A stretch of DNA of 64,000 bases from an uncultured Verrucomicrobiae bacterium (GTDB lineage Bacteria; Verrucomicrobiota; Verrucomicrobiia; Limisphaerales; JAFGQR01), in contig CAWBHS010000099.1 of assembly GCA_963788655.1 (NCBI GenBank), forward strand, positions 1 to 64,000, in the 5' to 3' direction. The translations under genes and the position numbers were made by a program. The notes under the pieces were generated by a model. It did not search any database and was not told the origin of the DNA. It saw only the letters and a list, made by a program, of their open reading frames with translations. Below, one piece after another: positions 31,680 to 43,311 of the stretch (position 1 is the stretch's first letter; each line of letters starts with the position of its first letter).

Positions 31680-33398
31680 ATGAGTGAACGGAACACGCAG
31701 AACTGGTTGCATCTTTGGACAACAGACTGCTTTCAAGCGACGTATCCGTTCCATCGGTTTGATTTGGCCGAACAGGAAATCTTCCTGCGCGGAAGTTTTT
31801 GGGATCTCCATGGACAGGCCCGTTCTGTCGTGGAGGTTGCAGCCGCGATCGTCCAAAAAGGGCAGCGGGTGCTTGATGATCTCGATGGTAGTTTTTCGAT
31901 TCTCGTCGCGGATCCCAAGAGGAAGACCGCGTGGTGTGCGACCGATCCCAAAGGCTTTTTTTCAGTTTACTATTCGGTCCACAGGGATGGCCTGCACTTA
32001 ACCAATGACGCTTCACTGCTGGCTGCCATGTCCAGCAAGGGAGAGCTCGATTCGGAAACGTTATTCGCCATTCTTAATTCTGGATACCCGTGGGGCGGGC
32101 TGACGTTATTCCGTGATATCCGTATCCTAATGCCAGGTTCGTTGCTTGAGTGGCGAGACGGAAAAGCCACAGAAAGACATTATTTCTCTGAGAAGGATGC
32201 TCCAACTGTTGCCCCATTTGCTTCGGAGGCTGACGTGCTGGAAGAATTAGACCGGGCTTTGCTCGCCACGAGGTCGCGGCGCAATCGCTGGCTAATTCCA
32301 ATGAGCGGCGGCGTGGACTCTCGGTTGATCGCCATTCGAGCGCACCAACTGGGAATTTCCTTCGAAGCCGTCACCATAACTGGAAGGATCGGGAAACAGG
32401 CGCGAGGCAGCGATTTCGATATTGCCCAGCGGTTGGCTGAGCGGCTTGGGGTCAAGCACCATCAGTGGGAGTGGTGTTCCGGGGATGTCGATCCGATCGA
32501 CAACGTAAAATCGCTCGCGGTGTTATCGGGAGGGATGAACAGCGCACTGTTTACTTACCTCGACGGAATGAATGGCTGGCGCGATGTCGTCGCCAGTTTT
32601 GACTGCGCGGTGCGAGGCGACGAGACGTTCGGCTGGGACCAGTTCTCGTGGTCAGCAGCGCACGCGTTGCACGTGTTAAACGTGCATGCTCACGACTGGC
32701 TGGGCACATTCACGAATCCGGAAGGCAGTCCATTGTCAAATGCTTCAGCGGCAGACGTGCTGGCAGCAACAACCGGGTTTACCCCGACTCTGCGCGGTCG
32801 CAAGGCTGACGCTTGGAAGCAGGCTTTTTATTGGCAAACGCGCATACCCCGGTTCGTATTACCGGTAGCGCGGTGGCAAGCCCTTCATGTTCCCATGGAG
32901 TTTCCGTTCCTGGAACGGCGCTTCATTCACCGAATGCACCAGACGGAACCAGCATTACGTGCTGACAAGCGGATCATTCGCGACACGCTAAGGCTAGTGA
33001 GCGAACAGGTTGAGGGGGTGGGGCGGATTCCTTTCTCCACCAGCCGCTCTTTTATGCCTGCAGAGCCATGGCAGAATCTCCTTGTTGGGCATCAGCAAGA
33101 CATTCAGGATATCCTGAGGATCTCGTCGCCATTAGATGCGTTCGTGGACAAAGGCGCCTTGGCGAATGCAATGACGGTCAGTGATCCGCCTCAGTATGAG
33201 GAATGTTCGGCACCCCCTTCCGAGCCATTCTCCCGTCGCCTGAGGCGTCGGTTCAAGGGAGTGGCAAATCTCTTAGGCGTATTCCCGAGAACACACGTTC
33301 CGCTGGCTTTGATTGTCCCCCGCGTTTTGTCGCTGCAATTGTTTTTGTTGCACGCGCCGAAAGACCTCCCGCAGCAGGCAAATTCCCTCAATAGTTGA
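31680..33398 (+). CDS. Asparagine synthase-related (AsnB-like) protein
   Basis: LDGSFSI, ATDPKGFFSVYY, TLFRDIRILMPG, PP-loop-like MSGGVDSRLI, VRGDETFG, FPFLERRF, DKRIIR; no N-terminal catalytic Cys visible. Confidence 0.7.
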   Translation: MSERNTQNWLHLWTTDCFQATYPFHRFDLAEQEIFLRGSFWDLHGQARSVVEVAAAIVQKGQRVLDDLDGSFSILVADPKRKTAWCATDPKGFFSVYYSVHRDGLHLTNDASLLAAMSSKGELDSETLFAILNSGYPWGGLTLFRDIRILMPGSLLEWRDGKATERHYFSEKDAPTVAPFASEADVLEELDRALLATRSRRNRWLIPMSGGVDSRLIAIRAHQLGISFEAVTITGRIGKQARGSDFDIAQRLAERLGVKHHQWEWCSGDVDPIDNVKSLAVLSGGMNSALFTYLDGMNGWRDVVASFDCAVRGDETFGWDQFSWSAAHALHVLNVHAHDWLGTFTNPEGSPLSNASAADVLAATTGFTPTLRGRKADAWKQAFYWQTRIPRFVLPVARWQALHVPMEFPFLERRFIHRMHQTEPALRADKRIIRDTLRLVSEQVEGVGRIPFSTSRSFMPAEPWQNLLVGHQQDIQDILRISSPLDAFVDKGALANAMTVSDPPQYEECSAPPSEPFSRRLRRRFKGVANLLGVFPRTHVPLALIVPRVLSLQLFLLHAPKDLPQQANSLNS

Positions 33399-33445
33399 TA
33401 TGCAATGCTAATGAAGTGCTCCGTGAAAGGCGGTTTTGAATGCGC

Positions 33446-33770
33446 GCTCAGCGATGCGATGTTGCTGGGCCGACCAATCGTGGCGCCGAATGCGGGCAGC
33501 GCGTCGGAACTGGTGCAGCATGGCGAAACCGGCCTCCTCTATGACGCCGGCAAAGCGCACCAACTCGCCAGTCACTTGAATTACCTGCTCGAACATCCGA
33601 CCGAACGTTACCGGTTGGGAGTGAATGCCCGCCGATTGAGCCGCAGATTGTTTGGGGTCAATCAAATGGTGGCACAAACCGAGCAGATCTACCAAGCGCT
33701 GGCGGAGCAAAAGCTCCCGAAGCGAATGATCGAGTTTCCCGTGGCCGAGCCGGTCGCCCGGGCGGCGTAA
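33446..33770 (+). pseudogene. Duplicated 3' fragment of the upstream GT4 gene (direct repeat copy 2)
   Basis: ORF 33405..33770 reproduces the last ~107 aa of 30116..31327 with few substitutions and has no N-terminal part. Confidence 0.85.
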
Positions 33771-33827
33771 CGATTGGCAAACGTTGGAGGAATGGAACCA
33801 GCCACACCATTGGAACGGCAGGCCCAC

Positions 33828-34460
33828 CGTCGCGCCAGCGTTTGGAGTGCGTCCGGCTTGCCGGCGCTTTCGAATAAAGCATAGGCGGTCAAGTTCTCCC
33901 GGACACCCCCTTGTTGTCGCCCGGTCATTTGCAACCGAAAGCGGGAGCAAGCTCCCCGCACTCCAAACGCTGGCGCGACATTCGCAGTTCATTCGATTCA
34001 CACAGGGGAGCGCGCCCGCCTCGGGCGCCGTCAACGGCGCCTCGCCGTTGACTCGAATGGAACCGGGCGAGCGGACCACTCGGCACCCTCCCCGCCATCG
34101 ATCTCCGGTGCGAGGCGCACCGGAGGACAGGCGAGGCGCCTGTGCTACCCAATTCAGACTGGGATGCGCGGTCGCCTCGGGCGCTGTCAACGGCGCCTCG
34201 CCGTTGACTCGAATGGAACCGGGCGAGCGAACCACGCGGCACCCTCCCCGCCATCAATCTCCGGTGCGAGGCGCACCGGAGGACAGGCGAGGCGCCTGTG
34301 CTACCCAATTCAGACTGGGATGCGCGGTCGCCTCGGGCGCCGTCAACGGCGCCTCGCCGTTGACACGGATGGGACGCGGCGTTCGAATTGACGCACGGCT
34401 CACGATTCGAACACCGGTGCGAGGCGCACCGGTGGACGGGCGGGGCGCCCGTCCCACCCA
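33828..34460. repeat. REP family A doublet followed by three tandem family C units (156 bp period)
   Basis: AACGGCGCCTCGCCGTTGAC at 34033, 34189 and 34345; lies between convergent genes. Confidence 0.9.
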
Positions 34461-34468
34461 ACCGCAGT

Positions 34469-36235
34469 TCAAGGGGCGGGCGTCAGCTTGATGGCTTTGA
34501 GGTTGATCGGACTAAATCCGCTCCGGACCGGTTTGACTGCCAACGAAGCTTTTCCCGCCGACGGCAGTTCGACGGTGCCCAATTCGACGGTTTTGAACTG
34601 GGCATAATCCCCCGTCACCGGAGCCGTGCCCGACAGCTTCTGGTTGGCCAACGTGAGTTCAAACTTCCCGGCGCCCATCGCGGCGATGTCGGCGGCCACG
34701 TTGAACTTGCCGGGCTTGGTGACCTTGAACTGCCACTCCACCCATTCATTGGGATCGGTCCAGAAACCAATGTTATCTTTGCCGCCACCGCTTTCGTATT
34801 TCAGGTTGCTTCCGTGCAGAATCGCTTCGGCCGCGGGAAGCTTCAGCAAACCGTTGGCCGCTTGCGTCAGCAGAATGGGCTCGATATTCAAGTCCCCTTT
34901 CACCTTAAGGACCACCGTCGAGGAAATCTTGTCGGGCGCATTTGCCGGCACGTTAACCGTGACGCCTGCGTCATCGGCCTTCGTGGTGAGCTTGGCGCCG
35001 GTGGCCAGCAGTGAGGCGGATTCAACCGTGCTCTTCAAACCCGGCACGAGCAGTTTGCCGTCGTCCGGCCAATTGAAGACGTGCAGGTACAGGGTCGCGC
35101 CATCGGCCTCGAGTTTCTTGGTGCATCGGCCCCAGGGCAGACGTTTGAACGGGCTGGCAGTGGTGTCGTAGATGGCCTCACTGTTGACCTTCATCCAACG
35201 GCCCACGGCTTTGAGGCGTTCGACGGACGGCTCCGGAATCAGCCCTTCGGATGTGGGTCCCACGTTGAGCAGGTAATTGCCGCCTTTGCTGGCGATATCG
35301 ACCAGGTTGCGGATGAGAGTTTCCACCGGTTTCCAATTATTGTCGTAGCTCTTGTAACCCCACGTGTCGTTCATGGTCATGCATGTTTCCCAATCGCGAC
35401 CGGGATAACCCGTGGCCGGGATGTGCTGTTCGGGAGTTTCGGTGTCGCCGCTATATCCGCCGCCAAGGCGGTTGTTGATAATGATGCCGGGTTGCAGCCG
35501 GATGAGCGGCAGCAGCATATCAGCGCGTTCCTTGTTCATCCCGCAGGGCGTGTCCCACCACAGCACGGCGATGGGGCCGTAATGACTGAGGATTTCCTGC
35601 ACCTGCGGCGCGGCGACTTTGGCGATGTATTCATCCATGCTGCCGTCCTGGGCCGGGTCCCAATGCTGGCCGCAGACGCCGCCGCCGGGATTGTTCCAGT
35701 CCTGCGCCTGTGAGTAATAAAACCCGAGCTTGAGGCCGTGACGTTGACAGGCCTCAGCCAGCGGCTTGAGCAAATCCTTGCCGTATGGCGTCGCCTTCAC
35801 GACGTTCCAATCCGAAGCCTTCGAGTCAAAGAGCGCAAAGCCGTCGTGGTGTTTCGAGGTGATGACGATGTATTTCATGCCCGCTTCCTTGGCGAGCTTC
35901 ACCCACTCGTCGGGATTGTATTTGACGGGATTGAATTGCTTGGCAAAGCCCTGGTATTCGGCGCAGGGAATTTTGGCGCGGAACATGATCCACTCACCGA
36001 TGCCGCCCACTTTCTCGCCGTGATACGTGCCGGCGGGCACCGAATAAACGCCCCAGTGGATGAACATCCCGAAGCGCGCCTCGCGCCACCATTTCATGCG
36101 GGCGTCGCGCTGGGCTGGAGTTTCGTTGGCATACGGATTGGCCGAATCGTTGGCAGCCGCCGGAGCTGCCGGGAGGTTGCCGGTAAACATGCCGACTGCC
36201 AGAATCGTGGAGAGGAACAATGATGTCTTTTTCAT
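34469..36235 (-). CDS. Alpha-L-fucosidase (GH29) with C-terminal CBM-like domain
   Basis: Signal peptide, RFGMFIHWG, ITSKHHDGF, LWWD nucleophile region, INNR, WETCMTMNDTWGY, GNYLLNVGP; CBM6/35-like tail IGFWTDPNEWVEW. Confidence 0.93.
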   Translation of the reverse strand: MKKTSLFLSTILAVGMFTGNLPAAPAAANDSANPYANETPAQRDARMKWWREARFGMFIHWGVYSVPAGTYHGEKVGGIGEWIMFRAKIPCAEYQGFAKQFNPVKYNPDEWVKLAKEAGMKYIVITSKHHDGFALFDSKASDWNVVKATPYGKDLLKPLAEACQRHGLKLGFYYSQAQDWNNPGGGVCGQHWDPAQDGSMDEYIAKVAAPQVQEILSHYGPIAVLWWDTPCGMNKERADMLLPLIRLQPGIIINNRLGGGYSGDTETPEQHIPATGYPGRDWETCMTMNDTWGYKSYDNNWKPVETLIRNLVDIASKGGNYLLNVGPTSEGLIPEPSVERLKAVGRWMKVNSEAIYDTTASPFKRLPWGRCTKKLEADGATLYLHVFNWPDDGKLLVPGLKSTVESASLLATGAKLTTKADDAGVTVNVPANAPDKISSTVVLKVKGDLNIEPILLTQAANGLLKLPAAEAILHGSNLKYESGGGKDNIGFWTDPNEWVEWQFKVTKPGKFNVAADIAAMGAGKFELTLANQKLSGTAPVTGDYAQFKTVELGTVELPSAGKASLAVKPVRSGFSPINLKAIKLTPAP

Positions 36236-36751
36236 AGTGTCAGTTGCCAGTTTCCTCCGGCGCAGCCAGAGCACAAGCAAAACCTGCGGCCTTGCGTCTG
36301 GGAAAACGTTTTCCCAATTAATTCAGAAGGCTTCCAGTCAGCCCTTCCCAAGGATGGAAGTAACTTCAAAACCCGGAGTCCAAAGCAAATCGCCCGCATC
36401 CGCCGGCAGACCGAACGCGGTGAGTCGCAGCGAATGGTAGTTGATGGGACGAATGCACCCGCCACATTCGTTCCTGTCAGGGGGAACGTCGGCACCCGGT
36501 TGAAAGTGCGTTCCCGCAGGCACAAAATCCTCCCCTTCCAACCGCCAAAAATTAACACTTGTGAAGTTGATTTTATGCGGGATTCAGGAGATGATTCTTG
36601 ACCTTGCCGATCCCGAACTGCACCGACGGCCTGTGGTTCGCTTCGGCAAGAATTGCACCGGTACAGCCCGTTTTTGTGGCCGGCAAGCTGATCCCTGTGG
36701 TCCGCAAACTCCGGAAATTGGGCGATCGAAACATTGCCGTCACCGCCGACT

Positions 36752-39700
36752 ATGAAGTTAAGAATTGTTGTCAGCCTCTCGCTCCTGGGAATTGTCGCCC
36801 TAATTTATTGGGTTGGCATAGCGCCCCAGGTCGGACCGCTTCCACGTCCGCTTCCGGTACCATCGCCCCCCCAAGCTACTGCGCCCGACCAAGCCGACCA
36901 AGCCCCGCTGCTCAGCCAGTCCGCGGCACCGACACCGACAAGCCCATCCCCTTCCCCGACGGTTGAATCGTCCGTGGTCGGTTCCGCCCCGAACCCGCCC
37001 ACCGCGTGGCAACCGTCGCCCGCCGGCCGCGAGTTCGCCGCCTTCGCCGATTGGGTCGCGCGTTATCGTCAGGCGGCAGCGGGGGCCAAGCCTGCTTTGG
37101 AAGCCGAAGGCAAGGTGGTAGCCCGCGCGCGCCTCACCGCGCTGGCCAACCTGATCCAAACCAATCCAGAACAGGCGCTGCAACAGGCCGTTCCGCAACC
37201 CGTGCGGGAGCTGCTGCCCGACGCCATCCAGCCGCTGCTCGAAGAACCGGTGAACACTCGCGGCGACTTTGAAGTGTATTGTGTGCTGCCGGTGGATGGC
37301 CAACCCGCCACGCCCATGGTGCGCGTGGCCACGATCAACGGTGAGCAATACCGAGTCTTCACCTACGACCAGGGGCTGGAGCAAGTGACCCGGCCTAACG
37401 TGCCCTTGAACGGCATCGCCGTGCCTGCCGCCGCGGCAACCACACCGCCTGCTGCTCCTTCCTCCAATCCAACGCATCTGATGGCCATGGCTCCCAGTCC
37501 GGTGCGCTATCTGAATTCCGACGAACTCGCCGCCTATCTGGCCACGCAAGCCACCGAACCACGGTGTACCGTCACGGGCCAACCCTGTTCGGCCAACGGC
37601 GAACCGGCCGCCCTCCAGTTTGGCGGCACAATCTATCCGTTCAGCAGCCTGGCCCTCGCGACAGAATGGGCCGCCGACACGATCAACGGCGAGGCCTTGG
37701 ACGTGCCCGTGGCGCCGGACAACCTGCCCACCGGCGCGAACACGTACACCGAAGGCCGGAAACGATTCATGGTCTTCCGCGTGGATTTTCCGGACTACGA
37801 AGGTGAAGTGATGACCACTAATGACGCGCTGTCGTTGATGCTCAATTTTAGCAATTTCATGGCGGAGGTGTCGTACGACAATCTCATCGTCGCTCCGGTC
37901 GGCGAAGGTTCCGACATCACCCCGACGATGCGGTTGCCCAACAACGCGGAATCGTACGCCAGCATGGGGACGTTTCTGAATGCCTGTTGGACCGAAGCGA
38001 CCGCCCGGGGCTACGACAAGTCCCAATACGATTTCTGGTTCGTCTGTACTGCGGGCAAACCCAACGCCAGTTTTGCGGGGCTGGGTTACGTGGGCGGGGT
38101 GGGCTTCTGGCTGGCCAACCGGTATTGGAATGTGCGGACCTGCGCGCACGAATACGGTCACAACCTCGGCCTGAGCCACGCCAACTGGTGGAACACCGGC
38201 GGGCACAGCATGCTGGGCGACGGTAGCAGCGAGGAATATGGTGATCCGTTCGACACCATGGGCAGCAGCGGCGGCGGCATCCGGCACTTCAGTTCGTACA
38301 ACAAAAACAAGATCGATTGGATTCCCGACCGCGATTGTCCCACCGTCACGCAAAGCGGACGCTTCCGAATTTACGCGCACGACATGGGCGCGCCGGTCGG
38401 ACTGCGCGGCTTGCGCTTCGACCGGCCCTCGGGCGGCGATTATTGGGTGGAGTTCCGTCAACTATGGACCTCTTACAAGGCGCTGATGAACGGCGTCAGC
38501 CTGCGCTGGGTGGGCGGCAGCACCACGCTGCTGGATTTCACACCCGGCTCGTCGGCGGGCAAGGACGATCACCCGATCACCATCGGGCGCACGTTCACCG
38601 ATACGAATTTGAATTTGAACCTCACCCCGATTGGCACAGGCCACACGCACCCGGAGTCCATGGACGTGGTCGTCAATATCGGCACCTTCCCCGGTAATCG
38701 GCCGCCAACGCTCGTGGCTCACGCGAGCGCCCTCGCCGCCGGTGCCGGTCAAACCCTCACCTTCACCGCCGATGCCGCCGACGCGGACGGGGACACGCTG
38801 GCGTATTTCTGGGACTTCGGAGACGGCGATTACAGCGTCGATAATCAGGCCGCCACCACCCACAGTTTTGGCAGCCAGGGAGAATACGTCGCCCAATGCA
38901 CCGTCAGCGACATGAAGGGCGGCCAGGCCAGCGAATCCGTCATCGTGCGCGTGGATACCCCGACCACTTACAGCATTCACGGCCACGTTCTGCAAACCAA
39001 CGGCCTGCCGCTGGTGGGCATCAAAGTCTCAGTGAACTCCTCGCACTATGCGTTCACGGAAAGCGACGGCAGTTATACCATCACCGGGTTGGGAGCGGGC
39101 AATTATGTGGTCACGCCCATTGAACCGGTCTATGGCCAACTCATCTTTTTGCCCGCGTTCTGGGACAATCCAATCGTGGTGCCGACCTCAATCACCGCGG
39201 ATTTCATCGCCCGCCTGGATTCGTCGGCGGTGTACACGCCGCTCCTCGCCCGAGAGTCCGAATGGAAATACCTCGATGACGGCTCGGATCAAGGCACGAA
39301 CTGGCGGATGCCGGCCTTTGACGATTCGAGTTGGGCCAGTGGCCGCGGGATTTTGGGTTACCCGGCCGACGACGTGCGCACGGAATTGCATTACGGGACC
39401 GATCCCGGCAACAAATTCATCACCTATTATTTCCGCAAGACCATCAACCTGCCGGACGCCGCCACCTATACGAACCTCCTGGCAGAAATCGTCCACGATG
39501 ACGGCGTGATCTTGTATCTGAACGGCATCGAAGCCTATCGCGACAACCTGCCGTCGGGCACGGTGACTGCCAGCACCCTGGCCAACACGGCCATTTCCGG
39601 CGGCGACGAGACCACCTACTTCGCCGCCAACCTCGACGCGTCGCTGCTGGTGCCGGGCACCAATGTGTTGGCCGTGGAAATTCACCAGGCCCAACCGGAC

Positions 39701-42700
39701 AGCAGTGACATTGGTTTCGATCTGGGGTTGAGCGGTCTTAGCATCTCCAATTCCGTGGGCATGAACCTGGCCTACATCACGTATCCGGAAAAGAATCAGA
39801 CCTTCACCACCCCGGTTTCGCGGTTGATCAACGCCACGGCCATCAGCCAAAACAGCCCGGTTACACAGGTGGACTTCTACGACAACAACGTGCTGCTGGG
39901 CACGGATCCGATCGGGCCGGGTACACCTACTTCTGGCGCCTGCCCGCGGAAGGGCCGCATACCCTGCACATTGTGGCGACGCTGGAGAGCGGTCTGCAAC
40001 TGACTTCCCCCCCCGTCAATGTCACGGTCACCACTCCTGCACCACCCCCCATTTCGCAGTCGTTAATCGCCACCAATACGGTGTGGAAATATTTTACCGG
40101 TCCTTCTGGTGCCCCGGCCAACTGGGAGCAACCCGGATTCGACGACGCCATGTGGCCCGCCGGCCCGGCCGAATTGGGCTATGGCGAGCAGGATGAGGCC
40201 ACCGCCGTTCCTTACGGCAACGATCCCAACAACAAATGGATCACCACCTATTTCCGCCGCACCTTCGAGGTCAATGATCCGGCGGCGGTAACCAATCTAG
40301 ACTTCCTGCTCAAGCGCGACGATGGTGCCCGCGTCTATCTCAACGGCCACGAAATCCTCCGGGACGACCTGCCCGAAGGCGACCTTACGCCGGACACCCT
40401 CGCCTCGGAAGCGGTGAGCGACGATGGCAAGAACTTCTATCATTTCACTCTCGATCCGGCGATGCTGGTGAACGGCCCTAATATGCTCGCGGTGGAGATT
40501 CACCAATCCGCTCCCACCACCTCCGACTTAAGTTTCGACGCCGCGCTTGATGCGCTGTTGACGGCCAACCGGACGCCGGGCATCTGGTTTACCGGCCCGG
40601 CACCGGGCAGCACTTTTTCCCTGCCCGGCACGGTCAGCCTGACGGCGGAGGTAACGACCGCGGCTTCGTATGGAATCACCCGCGTCGAGTTCTTTGACCG
40701 CGACACCAAAATTGGCGAAGACACCGCCGGACCGTTCGCTTTCGATTGGTACAATCCACCCGCCGGCTCACACGTGCTCAACGCGGTTGCCACGGACACG
40801 GTCGGGGGCTCGTTCACCAGTGCGCCGGTGAACATCACCGTCACGGCCCCGCCGGTTGGCAGCGCATTGGTTTCTCTCGGAGCCACCTGGAAATATCTCG
40901 ACAACGGATCAGACCCCGGCCCCGAGTGGACGACCGGCGCTTTTTCAGATCAAACGTGGAAATCCGGTCCCGCTCGACTGGGTTACGGAGGTGACGGCGA
41001 AGTTACCACCATCAACGCGGGACCCAGTCCCGAAGAGCGCTACGTCACCGCCTACTTCCGGCGTCAGTTCACGTTGGACAATCCGGCGCTCCTGGACGGT
41101 TTGCTGCTGCGGTTGGTGCGCGACGATGGGGCGGTGATTTACTTGAATGGCACGGAAGTCTTCCGTGACAATCTTCAGGCCGGGCCGGTGAGTTTCAATT
41201 CTCTGGCCACCAGCACCGTCGGGGGCGCCGAGGAAACCACTCCGGTGGAAGTCGTGCTGCCCCTGGACGCAATGGTGCCGGGGATGAACGTCGTGGCCGC
41301 GGAAATTCACCAGGCCAGCATCACCAGCAGCGACACGGGTTTTGACCTCGAATTGACCGGGCTGGCACGCACCAATACGTTCCAGAACGTGTACCTGGTG
41401 TCGCCGCCCAACGGCGCCCATTTCAACACGCCCGCCAACGTGCTGCTCAGCGCCTACGCCCATGCAGTGGCCGGGCCGATTTCCCTGGTGGAATATTTCG
41501 AAGGCGATACGAAACTGGGTGAAGGCACCGATGCGCCGTACCAGGTCGATTGGAACAATCCCGCTTCCGGCAAGCACACCATCACCGCCATCGCCACCTA
41601 CGGGGCCGGACTGCAAATGACCTCGGCGCCCGTGACCATCGGTCTGGATAGCCCACCGGCGCCCATCCAGCCGGTGGCCGCGACGCTGGTTCCCGCCCAA
41701 TCGGAATGGAAGTATTGGGACAACGCCAATCCTGTCGGGCAGGACTGGCAAAAGCCCGGTTTCGACGACCAAACATGGCCCACGGGCCTGGCCCGTTTCG
41801 GCTGGGGATTCGACGGCGAAATGACACCGATCACCGAGGGCCGCGTCACCCATTATTTTCGGCACTGGTTCAACGTGGATGATCCCGCGCGGTTCACGGG
41901 ATTGATCTTTCAACTTGTGCGGGATGACGGCGCGGTGGTCTATCTCAACGGCCAGGAAATCTACCGCAGCAACCTGCCCACCGGCCTCATTCAACCCAAC
42001 ACCACCGCCAGCACCACCGTGAATCCGCCGGATGAAACCACCTACTTCGAAACGATGGTATCCACCATCGGCTCCGGGCTTGTGGCCGGCAGCAACGTCG
42101 TGGCCGTGGAATTGCACCAGGGCAGCGACACCAGTTCGGATGGCGGCTTCGATTTCCAATTGCTGGCCACCGGCACCACCGAAGGTCGCATTTACCTCAC
42201 GCTGCCGGTCGCTCACCTCGAACTCAACGGCACCGCCGTCGCCCGTCTCGAAGCGGCCGCCCTGGCGCCCACCGGAGCCTCGGTGAGCAAAGTTGAGTTC
42301 TTCATTGACGGGGTGAAAGTTGGCGAAAACTCCACGGCGCCTTATCGCCTTAACTGGATCAACGTCTCGTTCGGTCCGCATTACGTGATGGCGCGGATGA
42401 CGGACAGCCGGGGGGGCGTCCTTGAATCGGAGCCGCGCTCCCTCGTCGTCAGCCCGGAACCGCTCAACGCCGTCTTCATCCCCCGCGGCGCCGTCTGGAA
42501 TTACCTCGACACCGGAGCCAACCTGGGCACGGCCTGGAAGGAACCGGGCTACAATGACGGCTCCTGGTCCAGCGGCCCCGCCCAGTTGGGCTATGGCGAT
42601 AACGGCGAAGTGACCACAATCAGCTATGGCTCCGATGGTAATAACAAACACATCACCACCTATTTCCGCCGGACGTTCGTGCAGCCGCCGGGCGCGGTTT

Positions 42701-43209
42701 TCAGCAGCGTGCTGTTTAACTTGTTGCGGGACGACGGCGCGGTGGTCTGGCTGAACGGCGTGGAAGTGTTCCGCAGCAACATGCCGGGCACTACGATCAA
42801 CTACCTTACCCATGCCTCCGATGCCGTGGGCGGAACCGACGAACAAACCTACTTCGGCACGCCGGTGCCGGTCAGCCATTTGGTCGCGGGAACCAATGTG
42901 GTGGCCGTGGAAATCCACCAGGCCAATGCCACCAGTTCCGACTTAAGCTTCGACCTGGAAGTAATTGGCCAGGGCTACGCCGATGTCACCCAAGTGCCCG
43001 CGCTCGCAATGACCATCGACAACGGCCATATCGAGGTTTCGTGGCCGGTCACAACCACCGATTGGCAACTCTATCGGATGGCCGATCCGCTGGCGCCGCC
43101 GTCCACGTGGACGCTAATATCGGATGATCCGGAGACCGTTAACAATCGCCACGTTATCACCGTCCAGCCCAACGGCGCCAAAGGGTTCTTCCGCCTGGTC
43201 GAACCCTGA
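36752..43209 (+). CDS. Giant secreted metzincin (M11/M6-like) metalloprotease with PKD, Ig-like and five beta-sandwich domains, frameshifted near 39920
   Basis: N-terminal TM/signal, HEYGHNLGLSH zinc motif, EYGDPFDTMG Met-turn, PKD YFWDFGDG, five DDG...YLNG...AVE.HQ domains interspersed with V..VEF...K.GE...P Ig domains, and a FFRL tail; ORFs 36734..40003 and 39973..43209. Confidence 0.85.
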
Positions 43210-43311
43210 GGGACTTGGGCGGTAACGCGTGTTTTCGGGTCATTGGATTTTAGCCATTCTCTGGTCAATGGTCCTTGGACATTGATCCTTAAGTTGGAAT
43301 TTGGAACCGAA

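Noticed and set aside
31003..33862. Insertion sequence or prophage explanation for the direct repeat
   Set aside because: No transposase, integrase or terminal inverted repeats; the repeat is far longer than a target-site duplication.
34005..34460. 156 bp repeats as CRISPR or ncRNA array
   Set aside because: Units match dispersed family C palindromes and the first two spacers are near-identical.
43230..43305. Degenerate heptamer-like run (CATTGGA/CAATGGT/CCTTGGA/CATTGAT) between convergent genes
   Set aside because: Too short and degenerate to call a defined repeat or terminator.
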